Assembly: GCA_001643675.2 (NCBI GenBank)
Contig: LSRY02000011.1
Coordinates: 1,116,001 to 1,180,000, forward strand
Direction of reading: 5' to 3'
Origin: Monocercomonoides exilis PA203
Taxonomy: Eukaryota > Protista > Preaxostyla
DNA: 64,000 nt
Shown: piece after piece, positions 61,517 through 64,000 of the stretch
Layout of the letters: each line of letters opens with the position of its first letter
How positions within the stretch are numbered: position 1 is the stretch's first letter
The notes under the pieces: generated by a model
What the model was told of the DNA's origin: nothing
Seen by the model: the letters and a program-made list of their open reading frames with translations, nothing else
Databases searched by the model: none
Translations under genes and position numbers: made by a program

Positions 61517-62074
61517 TTACTGATACATTTCTATGTCAAGCTCGTCAAGTGACCAATCCTCAAAAGATCCATCTGGAAGATATCTTCTGATGATTAATGG
61601 AATTTTCTTTTCTTTTAACTCCTGAAATTAAATTCATATAAATTTTTTATTTTAACGATTACATCGCACACCAAATCTGCAATACGAAGTGGATCTGTCA
61701 AATCACCAGGATCAACCATCAGTGGTGCATTCAAACTTATTTGAAGAGCCCTTGCGCCAAGAATTCGAGTTCTTTCGTATTTTGTTAAATATGGAAGAGT
61801 CACTCTTTTGTCTTTTGGAACCCTTTTTCCGTTTGATGGATCAAGTAATTGAACATGTTCCTGGAATAAAAAATGGAAAATGTATTAGAAATCGCTTCAA
61901 ATAATACAAAGAAATACTTCAATCATTTGCTCTTCGTCATCTTGTTCAAGATCTTCTCCAACATCTCCTTCATCTTCATCGAATTCATTATCGCCTATAT
62001 CCTGCTATGAAACATTTCATTATTTCAATTAAATTAAAATCAATAATTAAAAAGAATTGTAACAAATTATCCAT
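61517..62074 (-). CDS. RPB6: RNA polymerase I/II/III shared subunit RPB6 (RPABC2), multi-exon
   Basis: [26 protein letters not shown], and last exon [28 protein letters not shown]; acidic N-terminus; start inferred. Confidence 0.93.
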
Positions 62075-62495
62075 AAAAACAATAGAGTTTGCAAATTTAA
62101 GCATGCCTGAATATCATCTTCATCCGACATTTGATATTATTCAACTTTTCGAAAGAATTAAAATAAGAAAAATTGAATTAAGTACGAGATCAAAGTTTTC
62201 ATTTTATAAAAAAAATTTAAACAGCTTTTATGGAGTGTATTTCTGTTATAGAGAAATGTTTGTATCACCTTTTTAATCCAGAAGGGAAAGACGAAATAAT
62301 CATTGCAATCAAAAACAAAAAATATTTTTTGTTTTCTGAAAAGAGACTCTTGTTTGAAATCAATATTTTTTCGACTTTTCTTGAATATTATGAATATTTT
62401 GAGAAAAATTAATTACAAAAATTTGGAGATTTCGAAAAATGTTTTTTCCAAAATGATATGTTGAAGCTAATTAAGGTTATTTTGATTATTGATCG

Positions 62496-64000
62496 ATGAC
62501 AAGTGTTGCAACAAAACTTATTCCTTATGGCCCGCAATTGTCGGGTTATGAGATGATAGATGGAGCTACAAGTAAGCCTCCTGCAGTTAAAGCTTCGATT
62601 ACTGAATCGATGAGAGCAACAGAATTGAATGGACTTCTTCTCTCAATTGGACAAATAACAAATTCATTTGTTTGGCAAAATTGTTTATTTATCACAAATT
62701 CTTGAGTTTCTTTCAATGTTAAATGATGCAATTCAGGAAAATGTTTCAAAAGCAATGAATGAAGAAGTCAGTAAAATAACTGAGACAATTTCAGATTTGT
62801 CAGGCCGTGTTAACAAATTGAAACAGAGAATGCCCGAATATCAAAATGCCTTTCGTAATGCTGATTATTATCAATTGGAAGCTAAAGAATGTATGAATCA
62901 TTTTATATTTCACTTTCAAAATTTGATGTTTCACATTTTTGTTTTTGATAGGTTACACTTTCTCACTCAGGGAATCAGCAAACCAAGATGTCTTCAATGT
63001 TGAATCAAGGCTTCCCGAAGTGAAGGCACTTTATGATGCGGCTGAGCCTCCTCCTGATTTGTCTGTTATTGACAAATTGATTTTGGAATTGCCAGAGGCA
63101 GATAAGCCACAGAATTTCCCCAATTTGTCAGATAAGTATTCCAATCCAGGGTATTTCATGGCTCATTGGATTGAATCCTTCCAAACAAACGCAATGATCG
63201 AAAAAGAAAGATCAAAGGCAAGGAAAAAGCCTCAAGCATCTGGGAAACGACCAGAGCCACCGAAGAGCGTTCAGTCTCCATCATCTCCTCATTCTCCAAC
63301 TGGTTTCAAACCAGCGATGGTTCGATCCCCTTCAACAGCGCAAACTGCTCCTGTTAATGCACCTTCACCCCTTACGACCACTACCACAGAAATTGAAGTG
63401 CCTCAACCCTTGGAAACAACTCCTCGCGTTCCTTTGACGCCACAAACTCCAAAAACTCCACAACAAGGTCGTAATGACACACCTCCACCTCCACCGGCAG
63501 ATGATTCAGTTCCTCCACCACCTCCTGCTGATGACGGTGTTCCTCCGCCACCATCAACGGATTCCATTCCCCAAGCACCTCCTATCGGATCTGTCCCACA
63601 AGCTCCACCACTAGGTTCTGTTCCTCAGGCACCTCCGTTAGGAAGTGTGCCTCAAGCTCCGCCGCTTGGCTCGATTCCACAGGCTCCTCCAATTGGCTCA
63701 GTTCCCCAAGCACCGCCGTTGGGAACAGTTCCACAGGCTCCACCGTTGGGCACTGTACCACAGGCACCTCCACTTGGTTCCGTTCCTCAGGCACCTCCGT
63801 TGGGTTCTGTGCCACAGGCTCCTCCACTGGGAAGTGTACCTCAAGCTCCTCCGTTAGGAACTGTTCCTCAAGCTCCTCCACTTGGTTCTGTTCCTCAGGC
63901 ACCTCCGTTAGGAAGTGTGCCTCAAGCCCCACCATTGGGATCCGTCCCACAAGCTCCACCGCTGGGATCAGTACCTCAAGCACCTCCTCTGGGATCTGTT
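62496..64000 (+). CDS. SCAR/WAVE family actin nucleation-promoting factor, 3'-truncated by window end
   Basis: WHD-like LNGLLLSIGQI, ISDLSGRVNKL, QDVFNVESRLPEVKALYDAAEPPPDLSVID, KYSNPGYFMAHW, basic KERSKARKK, then Pro-rich region; introns near 62670-62706 and 62891-62951. Confidence 0.8.
63563..64000 (+). repeat. Coding 27-bp minisatellite, at least 16 units encoding (S/T)VPQAPPLG
   Basis: Direct reading; unit differences mostly at synonymous positions. Confidence 0.92.

Noticed and set aside
63563-64000. Regular 27-bp repeats as a CRISPR-like array
   Set aside because: No unique spacers; in-frame coding minisatellite with synonymous variation.

Overview
AT-rich, intron-containing eukaryotic genomic DNA using the standard code (TAA and TGA are stops; short GT-AG introns; no operons, rRNA, tRNA or CRISPR seen). 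Gene content and style suggest an anaerobic metamonad protist, most likely an oxymonad such as Monocercomonoides. This is inferred from a giant intronless Cys/Gly-rich receptor with a degenerate kinase tail, a Giardia-type transcarboxylase fusion and poly-Ser/Glu-Lys-expanded proteins. About 19 genes or gene remnants: TOE1/CAF1-like probable pseudonuclease, decayed pogo (DD35D) transposon with 40-bp TIRs, 2.7-kaa receptor-like pseudokinase, USP7-like deubiquitinase, FG-GAP membrane protein, AccD-AccA-PycB-biotin fusion, Arp4-like pseudogene, intronless P-loop protein, bromodomain, coiled-coil, ARM, Kelch, EF-hand and LRR proteins, RPB6 and SCAR/WAVE. The most unusual structure is a near-perfect 2.9-kb palindrome (1343-bp arms, 194-bp spacer) carrying four genes of one unrecognised microprotein family, arranged A> <B | B> <A. 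A degenerate fold-back repeat family appears at about 7.1-7.6 kb and 41.3-41.6 kb.
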